A stretch of 64,000 nucleotides of DNA, taken from assembly GCA_025594325.1 (NCBI GenBank), contig JANHCV010000004.1, positions 2,418,001-2,482,000 of the forward strand. The letters are read 5' to 3'. The notes under the pieces are model-generated. The model did not search any database and was not told the origin of the DNA. It saw nothing but the letters and a program-made list of their open reading frames with translations. This DNA is from Blastocladiella emersonii ATCC 22665. Lineage: Eukaryota; Fungi; Blastocladiomycota. Positions 1 to 10,600 of the stretch are shown here, one piece after another (position 1 is the stretch's first letter; each line of letters starts with the position of its first letter). A program made the position numbers and the translations under genes.

Positions 1-173
1 CGCGCTCGAGGGAGGACGCGACGAGGAGGAGAGACACAGTGAAAGCATTACGGTAGGTGTATAGGGCGAACAATGAGACAGAATCGACAAAGATAGGGTG
101 GTGGATGGGTTTCGACACGCGCGCACGCGCTCAGGGCCGAGCATGAGCGAGCGGTCGGTAATGGCGGGCGGGC

Positions 174-1094
174 TTACTTGTACATCTTGAGCAGGAAGCC
201 AGCGACGGCGCCGATGGCAAGGGCACCGGCCGACGCGCCGATGATGGCGCCCGACTGGTTGGTGAGGGCGGCGACGCGCGACGCGGCGGCCTGGTCGGCG
301 GCGGCGTGGCGGACGCCCTTGACGTTGGAGCGAGCACCGGGGAGCTCCGAGCCGTCGAAGCAGTAGTACTGGGCAAAGAAGTCGTTCTGGAGCCACAGGA
401 GCTTGTTGAAGGCCAGCAGCGTCTTCTTCTTGGTCTCGGGGTCGAGCGGCAGGTCCGAGATGGCTCCGATCAGGACCGACTCGACGAAGCCCATGAGAGC
501 CCCAATATGCACATATTCGACGTTGATCGATGTCTTCTTGTTCCTTTAAAGGAGAGGAGAGGTGGAGGTGAGTGATTGGCGACGGGGAGAGCGAGGTCGG
601 GTGAGATGAGCAACGTACGCGTTGTCGGTGTGGATCAGGGCGACCCAGTCGAGGTACTTGATGAAGCCGGGGCTGGTGATGTCGCTGGAGGAGCGGAGGG
701 TGGAGGAGAGGACGTCAGTGACCAGGATCACGGGCGGGGCGGGGTGGGGAGAGGAGGCGAGGAGACCGTACGAGGTGACGAGCTTGACGAGGTACTTGGA
801 CAGCATGTCCTTGCGGAAGGCGATCTGCTCGGACTTGAGCGAGAGCTGCTCCGCGTCCGTAATCGACTCGCCCTTGAAGCCGTCCATGCGGTTCGCAAAG
901 GTCTGCTTCGTAATGTCGAAGCTGAACAATTTCTGGTACACTGCGTCGACCACAGCCGGAACCATAGGCCCGAGGTACTGCGCGGAAGCGTGCACGAGCT
1001 TCTGGTCTTCCTCGGACCAGTTAATGAAGCTCGCGACGTACTTGGCGCGGTACACCGAGTCGGTGTAGAGCTGGTCGCGGTCGATATGCTGCAT
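174..1094 (-). CDS. Protoglobin/sensor-type single-domain globin with C-terminal hydrophobic tail; 3 exons (1094-772, 684-619, 543-174)
   Basis: Spliced product reads ..AVVDAVYQKLFSFDIT..FRKDMLSKYLVKLVTS-DITSPGFIKYLDWVALIHT..KKTSINVEYVHIGALMGFVE..NKLLWLQNDFF, matching fungal protoglobin-like proteins. Both introns are GT..AG and in frame. Confidence 0.88.
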
Positions 1095-1777
1095 CTTGGG
1101 CTAGACAGAGACACATTGCGTGGAGTGGCGGCCAAGTTTTCATAAGGATTGGAAGGGGGTGGGGTGGTGGTGAGGTGGTGAGGTTGAGGTCGGTGGAGGT
1201 CGGTGGTCGGTGGTCGGCAGTCGGTGGTTGGTGGTCGGTGGAGAGGCGCACCTTGGTCGGGTGGCGGTCGGCTTGACAGACGTGTCTTCTGCTTGGAGAG
1301 TAGAGCGAGAGGACGGCGGGGGCGCGTCGAGCTTTTATGGGGCCGGAGATGCGCAAGGCGGGGGGAAGGAAACGCTGGGTGGTCGGCCTTTGGATCGCGC
1401 CGGCATGGCCCGAAGACGCGTCGGCTGCCTGTGAACAGCGATCACGGGAGTGCCCGGGAGACATCATCCTGACTCACCCTCCGTCACGGAAGCGCTACGC
1501 GTCGTTCAGGCATGCGCACGTGTGCGCTTCCGCCGGTTGTGCCCGCTTGCATGCGCGACTGCGCCACCAAAACCTTGTTCGAAGCCGCGCTTGGCGGCGG
1601 CCGCGTCACGGTGACGATGGCGATCCGTCTCGCCCGCGCGGCCGGGACCCCCTCGCAGCAGCGGAGGCCTTGGACGCTGCGGTCCTCGTGCCACGGCTAA
1701 CAATCGGTCACTGCGAGTCACGACGAGTGGGACAAAACTTGGATCGTTTGTATTGGATTCCAATCGAGTGCATCACG

Positions 1778-2884
1778 TCAGAGCGGGCTCGGCGTCACAA
1801 CGGGCAGCAGGTGGCCCTGAATGGCCGCGGCAATCTCGCTCGCCACCTTCTCGACGAGCGGCAGGTCGCGCCCGACCACCGTAACGTTGACGCGGTCGCG
1901 GCCGGCGTTGCCGTCGCCAAACGTCGGGTAGCTGCCGATCTTGATGCCCTGGGGCCCGTACTGCTCCTGGATCGCCGTGAGCGCGTCGGCGATGTTGCTC
2001 TCGGGCAGCTGCGTGCCGACGGCGCGGCGGCGGAGCGGCACGCCGGCCTCCTTGGCGATGGTCGGCAGGTACCCCGTCAGCATGGCCTGGAACAGCCGCG
2101 GGATCCCCGGGAAGATGTGCACGTTGCCGTTGGTGATGCACAGCGGCACCCACAGGCCCGGCGTGAACACGGACCGCGACTGCGACGGCAGCCGCGCCAT
2201 GCGCAGCCGCGGCTGCGTCGTCGTCACCACGCTCGGCGCGCCGCCGGCAATCGTCGGGTCGTCGCGCACCGTCATGTACGACTTGCGATCGAGCGCGGCG
2301 GGATCGGCCACGGCGGCGAGCGGCGTCACCTCGACCATCTTGGGCGAGATGCGCGCCATCATGGCCAGCGTCTCCTCGTGCAGCACCAGCTCGTCGTTGA
2401 ACGCCTTGGCGATCGACTCGTACGTGATGTCGTCGTGCGTGGGACCTACCGGGGCACGGCGGGGTCAGCCTCGCGTGCGCGGGACGGCCGGCTGCGCGCG
2501 AGACGGGTACCGATTCCTCCCGTTGTGAACACGTAGTCGTAGGTCTCCGACATGCGCCGCACCGCCTCGATGATCTCCTCCTCGACGTCAGGGACCACCT
2601 CGATGCGGCGCATGTCGACGCCGATATCAAACAGCGACTTGGCTACACGGGTCGGCGCGTCAGCTCGCCGGGCCACCCGCGCACACGGAACCAACTCGGG
2701 ACGGACCCAGGAAGTTGGAGTTGGTGTCCTTGGTCTTGCCGCTCAGGATCTCGTCGCCGATGATCAGAGCGGATGCCGTCTTGGCGCGCGGGACGGACGT
2801 GGACATGGCGGCGATCGTTGCTCTCAGTGACGAACGGTGCACGGTGTGGCGGGCAGCGGAACGAGCGATTGCATAGAGCGACAT
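1778..2884 (-). CDS. Molybdopterin-binding (MoCF_biosynth/CinA-like) domain protein, FLAD1-MPTb/Fpy1-like, probable mitochondrial presequence; introns 2706-2643 and 2510-2446
   Basis: Motifs LIIGDEILSGKTKDTNS, RRIEVVPD, YDYVFTTGGIGPTHDDIT, FPGIPRLF and IGSYP after splicing. The N-terminus is Arg/Ser/Ala-rich. Confidence 0.88.
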
Positions 2885-3366
2885 TGCAGTGGGTCGTGTG
2901 GGTACGGCAGCAGGAGGAGAGGGCAGGGAAGCCATCGGCGCCTGAGCCCGAGGATCGGAAAGCGTGCTGACTGCGCTCACGTGGGCCCGTTTCAGACGCG
3001 TCGACGCGTGCTCGCGCAGGGACCCGGCTGCTCCGTGAAGGAAGTCGCAGACAGATTCGAGCGAGAAGGTTCCGTAGACATGAAACACAGGCAGTTATAT
3101 ACAGAGTGTGCACGCGTGGTGGAGGAGACGATGGGAGGAGGTGGGCGCGCGGACGCGCCACGCGCGCGCTGGTGAAGAGGCTTCTGCAATGCGAGGCTGC
3201 TGTGAATGGGAAGGAAGCCCGACGATGATGATGATGATGGTTTGCAAACGACCTCGGCCAGGCACTGCAGCGAGACCGTGGTCAACGGGCAGCGAACCTT
3301 ACTCGTCGTCGCTCGCGGGAAAGAGTTCGGTTACCCTACGTAAGGTGAGGAAGTGTCAGAACCTGC

Positions 3367-3747
3367 TCACTCGGACAAGGGCCAGAGGCGACGCACAGTT
3401 TCTCGTGAGCAGCGGCGCTTCCGAGAGCCGCGCTTGGTCTTGGCGCGATAGGCCGCTTGCATCTCACGTTCTCGCTCGGACGACTGAATGAGGTCGTCGA
3501 GTCGCCGCTTGTTGTCGGCCCCCTCCTACTTGAGACGCTTAATTTCAGCGGTGAGCTTCGCCTTGGTCGCGGGCCCCTCCTCCTTGAGGCGCCTGATCTC
3601 AACATCCTGCGCCGCATCGGACCTGCGCAGTCGCTGTAGTTCTGCATCGACACCATGCGCTGCTTCCGTTACGGCGCGGCGTCCCGCTTCGTCGTCGGCG
3701 CAGGAATTCTTGATGGGCGGGACGGAACGCGCGGATGGCGACGACAT
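3367..3747 (-). pseudogene. Small coiled-coil ORF interrupted by a nonsense codon (TAG at 3528-3526)
   Basis: An 18-aa internal repeat, EIRRLKEEG.. vs EIKRLK*EG.., places the TAG where the other copy has GAG. The frame continues with helical sequence to TGA at 3367. Confidence 0.45.
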
Positions 3748-4617
3748 GGCGAATGGACGGTCGGCACTGCATAGCGGCAAGAGGCGCGCGCGTTAGCGGC
3801 ATTTCCGTAAGTTATATGGCGAATTGCGCACCAGCGCTTCGTGGATCAGAAAGCGGACGGACGGAGGAGCGTGTCGAGCGATGGAACCATGGACGTGCGG
3901 TGCATGGCGGGCGGTCGTCAGCTGATCCAGTCGCTGATCACACCGTGGCGCGACGCGTGTTCCCTGCCTTCAGTGACATGTCAGGGAACTAGCGAGTCTT
4001 TAAAGCGCGAATGAGTGATGTTCGCCGAGTTCGGCCCTCGCATGCCACGCAAGCGCGGACTAGCTGGCTATGAGACTTTGCCGTACCCCCTGACCAGCCG
4101 CGTCGCTCAGAAGATCGTCTCGGCGTCCCCGGACCGGCGTCCCCGGACCGAAACAGAGGCAGATTGCCCAGATGTCCGAGCGCGCCATCGATCAAGGGCG
4201 AGGAGACGCGCCCCAAGCTATCCTCGTCCTCGACCGCGTGACGAGCAGGCGGCTTGACGAGTCGTATTCTACTGCAAACATCAAAGAAGAACTTCGACTT
4301 ACCTGTCCTTGCCACGAGACAGGTTGGTCTCCGACCACGGCCATGGCCATGGCCGCGACGCGTCCCTTGCGCCAGGCGTCCCACTTGGCGGGCGCAGCCG
4401 GCTCTGGGGTCCCGCGCGAGCCGCATGTCATTGGCGGCTCTCTCATCGTTGCGCGCACAGCGAACAACGAGGAGGCGAGGCGATGCAGATCGAGATCCCA
4501 GCCTTGGACTGTGTTCGGGCGCAGCGACTCCTCAAGTGGCTCAGCCGCGCCAAGCCGACTGCTGGTCGCCGCCCGCACTCCTTCCTTGCCAGGGTTGTAG
4601 AAGCGTGGCCTGGCTAC

Positions 4618-4624
4618 TATAAAA
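4618..4624 (+). promoter_or_regulatory. TATA box of the P450 gene
   Basis: TATAAAA in a GC-rich background, about 55 nt upstream of the ATG at 4680. Confidence 0.55.
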
Positions 4625-4679
4625 GGGACAACTCCCCGCCCTGAGTCCACTCTCTCCCCACCAACCACCCACCGTCACC

Positions 4680-6353
4680 ATGGAGTCAGTCACGCTAGCC
4701 CTCACCGACGCCGCCCCGGACCGCGTCGCCGACGCCCTGTCGCGGGTCTCGCGCCCGAGCACCGCCGCCCTGCTCGCCGCCGGCATCGCCTCCGCGTGGC
4801 TCCTACACCGTGCCTCGCGCGGCGGCGACGGCCGCACGCTCAACGGGCTGCCGCTCCCGCCCGAACCTACGGGCCGGTGGCCGATCGTCGGGCACCTTCC
4901 GCTGCTCGGTGCGCACGCGCACGAGTCGCACAAGCTGATGCAGCGGCTCGCGCGCGAGCACGGGTCCGTATTCATGCTGCAGCTTGGCACCGAGCGCGCG
5001 CTCGTCATCTCGAACGAGGCCCTGGCGCGCGAGTCGCTGATCAAGCGCGGCGGGGCGTACGCCGGGCGGTTCTTGACGCGGCTGTGGTGCCTGTCGTCCG
5101 AGGACGGGACCAACCTCGCCATGGCGCCGTACGGCGACCACTGGCGCGCGACGCGCCGCACCGCCCACAAGATCCTGACGCCGCTCGCGCTGTCGTCGCT
5201 CGACGCCTCGCTCGAGCACGAGGCCATGCGGTTCGTCGACCACCTGCGCGCGCACCCGGTGCAGGGCGACGCTACCACGCTGTTCCAGCGGTACACGGCC
5301 AACGTCATCTTCTCGAAGGCGCTCGGCATCTCGTTCGCGTCGCTCGACGACCCGACCTTGCTCACGACCATCGAGTGTGCGGCCGACCTGTTCGAGGCCG
5401 TCGGCGTCGGCGGCTTCGAGGAGTACCTCGGCAACAGCGGGTGGCTGTCGTCGTGGCCCGGGTCCGCCATCGTCAAGCTCATTTCGGCGCGCAAGACGCG
5501 CCTGGTCGAGTCGGTCGTCGACCGCTTCTACGTCGGCATCGTGATGCCGCGCCTCGAGGTCCTGCAGGAGCGGCTGGCGCGCGAGTCCGAGGCGGAGCGC
5601 GCGGCACGCGATTTGTGCTACGCCGAGGAACTGCTGGTCCAGGGGATGCAGGACCCGGCGTCGGCGATGCCGCTGCAGCGGATCAAGCAGCTCATGGCGG
5701 ACCTGCTGATCGCTGGGCTCGACACGACGGCCGCGACGCTGGCGTGGACCACGCTGCTGCTCGTCAACCATCCTGAGATCCAGGCCAAGGCGCACACCGA
5801 GCTCGACGCGCTGCGCGACGCCAACGGCAACCGGCGCATGCCCGGGCTCGAGGACATGGACTTGCTGCCGTACACGCGCGCCATCGTCAAGGAGGTGCTG
5901 CGTGCGATCCCCGTGGGGCCGCTCGGCCTGCCGCGCATGACGACCGAGGACACGGAGGTCGGCGGGTACGCGGTGCCCAAGGGGACCCAGGTCATATACA
6001 ACCTCGTCAGCATCCACGACAGCATGTACCCGGGCGCGGGCACCGAGTTCAAGCCGGAGGGGTGGCTCGCGGGCGGCAAGGGCGACGGCAAGGCCAACCT
6101 CGAGATCCCCGACGGGCTTTACACGTTTGGCCAGGGCCGCCGGCTGTGCCCCGGGTTCCACCTCGCGTACCGCGAGCTGTTCCTCGTCACGTCGACGATG
6201 CTGGCCGCGTTCGAGCTGCGCAGCGCCGACCCGGAACACCCGCAGCTCCGCATGGAGGAGACGTTTGGGCTCACGGTCCTGCCCAAGCACGGCGTGCCCG
6301 TCCAGTTCATCCCGCGCGGCACCCTCGCCGCCGAGATGGCCACCGAGGAGTAA
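4680..6353 (+). CDS. Cytochrome P450, intronless, 557 aa
   Basis: Proline hinge PLPPEP..WPIVGHL, I-helix AGLDTT, K-helix KEVLR and heme motif FGQGRRLCPG. Confidence 0.97.
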   Translation: MESVTLALTDAAPDRVADALSRVSRPSTAALLAAGIASAWLLHRASRGGDGRTLNGLPLPPEPTGRWPIVGHLPLLGAHAHESHKLMQRLAREHGSVFMLQLGTERALVISNEALARESLIKRGGAYAGRFLTRLWCLSSEDGTNLAMAPYGDHWRATRRTAHKILTPLALSSLDASLEHEAMRFVDHLRAHPVQGDATTLFQRYTANVIFSKALGISFASLDDPTLLTTIECAADLFEAVGVGGFEEYLGNSGWLSSWPGSAIVKLISARKTRLVESVVDRFYVGIVMPRLEVLQERLARESEAERAARDLCYAEELLVQGMQDPASAMPLQRIKQLMADLLIAGLDTTAATLAWTTLLLVNHPEIQAKAHTELDALRDANGNRRMPGLEDMDLLPYTRAIVKEVLRAIPVGPLGLPRMTTEDTEVGGYAVPKGTQVIYNLVSIHDSMYPGAGTEFKPEGWLAGGKGDGKANLEIPDGLYTFGQGRRLCPGFHLAYRELFLVTSTMLAAFELRSADPEHPQLRMEETFGLTVLPKHGVPVQFIPRGTLAAEMATEE

Positions 6354-6557
6354 GCGTTGCTCGCGACGGGCAACAGAGTCAATATAGGCTAGTTTTCGTG
6401 TAACACTCACAACGGACATGTAAGAGACACGACGATGTCCTTGTCACGACGTGGCGCTGCGCGTCCCCTTCTCCAAAACCTCGCTGGTTTCACTGTTGCG
6501 TCATTGAATCTTCTTCATTCGTCTCTTATCCACGTTTCGACACTTCGATCGGTCACT

Positions 6558-7298
6558 CTACTCGTTCCGCTTGGCCTCGGCGGCCTTACGTGCCTCGAGC
6601 GCGGGCTCGACGTAACACGCGGCGAGGTGAACGCCGGCGAGCGCGGCACCGGCCCAGATCCAGAAGATCCAGTGCGTGACGAGATGTCCGCCGAGCGCGT
6701 CGGGCCGGACATACCAGAACTTGCCGGCGGCGCACAGCGCGGCCTCCCAGGCAGACCCGCCGACGCCGACCACGGCACACGTCGCGAGGGCGAGCGGGCG
6801 CCGGTTCGTCGCGGCCCACGTCACCAGGAACATGGCGCCAAGGAGGACCGACGTCGCCGGGTGCGCCCAGCCCAAGTGGTACGGCACCAGCGACGACAGG
6901 CCGTACACGGCGAGCGCCGACGCGAGCTGCGTCCACGCGACCGTCTTGTTGGGCGCCGACTCGCCTGCCGGACTCGCGAGCGACCGGTACACGGCGCGCG
7001 GCAGGAACAGCGGCGCGAGGCCGAGCAGCAGGCCGCCGGCGCCAAACTCGGGCGGGACCCACCACGCAAGGTTCAAAAACGCAACCTCGTGCGGCAGGTA
7101 CGCCAGGATGCCGTGGTTCGCGTGCATCCCGTCGAACGTCACGCCGAGCACCGCACCCGCGGCAAAGAAGAGCGCCAGGCGCGCGAGCAGCGGGGTCTCG
7201 ACGGAAGACGCCAGCGCCTTGGACGGCGCGCTGGTCGAGGTCTGGGCAGCGGGCGGCGTCATGGTCGCGGTTGTCATCCTTTGTCTACTGCGGGACAC
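6558..7298 (-). CDS. Multi-pass membrane protein resembling the plant/bacterial INSIG-like (DUF2878-related) family; start may be one of the downstream Met codons
   Basis: About six hydrophobic segments, with the pattern G..LG..FDG.H, WWVPP.FG, G...E.......FWY..PD..G..V..W. Confidence 0.6.
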   Translation of the reverse strand: MSRSRQRMTTATMTPPAAQTSTSAPSKALASSVETPLLARLALFFAAGAVLGVTFDGMHANHGILAYLPHEVAFLNLAWWVPPEFGAGGLLLGLAPLFLPRAVYRSLASPAGESAPNKTVAWTQLASALAVYGLSSLVPYHLGWAHPATSVLLGAMFLVTWAATNRRPLALATCAVVGVGGSAWEAALCAAGKFWYVRPDALGGHLVTHWIFWIWAGAALAGVHLAACYVEPALEARKAAEAKRNE

Positions 7299-7627
7299 CT
7301 ACTTAGCAATGCATCGCTCGTTCACTTCATGCATCATACTCGTCTTGCTTCCACGTTATCGTTCTCGTTGCTGGCGGGGCAGGGGAGAGAGGGCGTCTCG
7401 CGCGCTTCGACGGGATCCTCGCTCGTGCTCGTTCGCTCGATCGTCGCTCACCGCCGCCGCCGCTGGCCTGGTGGTTCCTCCGCGAGCGGAGGCGGAGGCG
7501 GCAGCGGCCCTTTCAGCGAGCGAGCGGAGCGAGGGAATCCTCCGACGCTCGCAAGTGTGGCGCGGCGCGTTCGCGAGGCCCCAGCGCCTCACACCGAAGA
7601 TTGGTTGACTGTACAGTGTATACATAT

Positions 7628-10600
7628 TTACAAGAACCCGACGCTCACCTTCTTGAACGTCTGGATGTTCGCCGCGGCTCCGGGGGTCAGCTCCTTGGCG
7701 CCCGCGCCGTTGGCCGCCCCGATCTCGATGCCCGTGACGCCGAGCCCGGGCTCCGCGGACCCCGCCAGCAGGTTCCGCATGATGCGCGTGGCCGACGCGA
7801 TGGCGCCGAACAGCCGGCCCTCCGTGTTGAGCCCGACGCGCGCGCCCTCGATGCGGATGTCGCCCGTCGCCGCCATGGGTTTCGCGATCGGCGGCACCAT
7901 CACGTCGAGCACCTTGACGCCTTTGACCGTCGCGTCGACGGACACGGGGCCGGTCGCGATCGACAACGGGAAGCCTAGCGGCAGGTCGAGTGTGGCCGAC
8001 GCCTCGACGCCGAGCCCGCGCAGCCGCACCGACGTCGAGCCCGGCTTGATCACGTTCTTGATGGTCCCCGCGCCCTTGAGGATGCTGCCGAGCGCGCCGC
8101 CCGACGTCGAGTTGCGGCTCGCAAACGCCGCGAGCGCCGTCGTCACGACCTTGTCAGCGCGCAGGTCGACCTGCACGTCCGAGAAGGTCTGGATCTGCGC
8201 CGCGGCCGCCTTGCCGCCGAACACGAGCCCCGTCGCGCCGAACGTGCCGCGCTGCGACTCGGGCGTCGTCGAGTTGGAGAGCACCACCTTGACCAGCGGG
8301 CCGAGCACCGCCGCTGTGTTGTCCTGCGCCGCGGCCGAGTTGTCAAAGGCGATCTGAAGATTGAGCGGAGTTGCCGCGTTGCCGTTCCCGTTGCCGGGGA
8401 CGCTGCTCGAGATCTGCTGCCCGTTGATGGCGACGCCGTTGGGCGCGTCGATCCGGATCGCGCGCGCCTGGTTCATCATGAGCTGCATCGAGAACATCCC
8501 GATCGACGCCTGGTTGATCATGCCGCCCGGCTCGCGGATGCGCAGGACCGGGTCGATCTCGATCATGGGCTGATCCGCGCGCTGCGCGAGCCGCAGTGAC
8601 TGCACCTGCACCGCCTGCCGCTGGATCACCGTCGCGATGAGCTGCTGCACGAGGATCTGGACCACATCGTCGCCCCCGCCGTTGTTGTTGTTTGCGTTCC
8701 CGCCGCGGCGACGGTTGGCCGGGGGCTGCGACGCGCGCGCGCGTGCCGCGGCCGCGTCGAGCGCGACCTGCACGGGGACCTCGACGGCGACCTGGCTGAA
8801 CGTGGTGATGGGGCTCGCCGGGTCGCCGAACGCCAGGCCCTGGACGCGGATTGGCGTCGAGCCCGTGGTCTCGCGCGACTGGAGTGACGCGACGAACGCC
8901 TTCATGGCGCCGCGCGCCGCCGGCGAGTTGTCGAACCCGATGCTGAGCGGCGCGGTGAGCTCCTTGGCGTTGCGCTGCACGGGCACGTTGCCGAGGTCAA
9001 TGTTCATGAACCGCGCGTTGCCCGCGGACACGGCGAGCTTGATGGGGCCGATCGCGGCCGACTCGAGGAGCGGCGACGCGAGCATCCCGGCCACGGCGTC
9101 GGGCACACCAACGCGCGAGTCGACGTTGATCGCCGGCGAGTTGGGCGACGCCGCGACGGACATGAGCGTGAGCGCCGGGACCTGCTGCTTCGCGGGACCC
9201 TCCTGCGCTTGGACGGGGGCCTGCGGCGGGACGTCGCCGAACGCGCGGATCTGGCGCGTGAGCGCGGCCGTCGGGTCGACGGTCATGGCGACGCTGACCT
9301 GCTCGAAGGTGCGGATCCCGCCGACGCGGATGCCCGCAGCCGCGACCTTGAACCCGCCGGGCCCCGCGGCCGCGACGCGGCGCTGCGTGTCCTCGGACGT
9401 CTCGAACTGGACGTCGACGGCGACCTTGGCCGCCTGCCCCGGAGCCACGCGCCCGGGAGAGACGCGGAACGTGGTCACGCGCGCGTCGTTGACGCTGAGC
9501 ACCGCCTGCATCGACGGAAGGTCGATGGACTGGACGAGCGAGAACTGGGGCGTGCTCATTGAGGCGGACACGGCGAGCGCGGGCTTGTCCTTGGCCGGCG
9601 CGACCGTGACGCCCTGGACGAACGCGGCGAGGCGGTCGGCGGGGTTCCCCGTCGAGCCCGACGCGGAGCCCGAGGCAATGAGCGACTGCGCGATCGCGAC
9701 CATGTCGCGGCCCGAGACCTTGACGAGCTCGAGCTTGCTGAACGTGTTGATCCCGCCAATCGAGACGCCGCGCACCGTGACCGACTCGGCGGGCGGCGCC
9801 GGCGGCGCGGCTCCGTCCCCGCCGCCAATGACGCTGGCGACGAGCGACGACGCGAACGACGCGACCTGGCCCTTGACGTTCCCATCGTCGCTGAACGCGA
9901 GTGCGGCCGCGAGCGGAATGTTCCCGCCCTCGGCCTTGGCCACGCGGCCGGGCGCCGTGAACGACACGATGCGCGCGTTGCCGAGGTCGACGCCCGCGCG
10001 GATCGGGACCGTCACGTCGACGTCGAACGGCAGCAGGTTGGCGGGCGGCGTGAACACGGTGCGCAGGTCGACCGTGGGCGCCTGCTCGGACAGGAGGACC
10101 GCCGTGTCCTTGATCGGGAGCGCCTGGCGCGCCGCACCACCGGCCCCGTTGCTCCCGCGCGCAATCGCGTTGACGTCGGGGACCGGGAGCTTCATGGCAA
10201 TCGAGACTGTCTCGAATGTCCGGATCCCGCCGACGCGGAGACCCTTGACGACGGCGTTCGTGTTGGCAGCGTTGAGCGCGGCGACGCGGTCCTGGACGCC
10301 CGCCGACGAGTCAAAGTTGACCGCGATGGCCGGACGCACGAGCTCCGCGCCGGCGGCCGTGTTGACCTTGGGCACCGTCGTGCGCACGTTGGCGACGGGG
10401 ATGTCGTTGAGGAACGCAGCGAGCGAGATGGCGGGAATCTCGACGGTCGCTGCGGGCACGGGGAGCGCCGGCATCGCGAGCGCCGCGTCGACGGTGATGA
10501 CCGAGGCGTCTGCGGGCGCGGCGACCTTGACCGACTTGATCATGCTGAGTGCCGCCGCAACACCGCCGCCGTTAGCCGCGCCGCTGAGGCGCGCCTTGAG

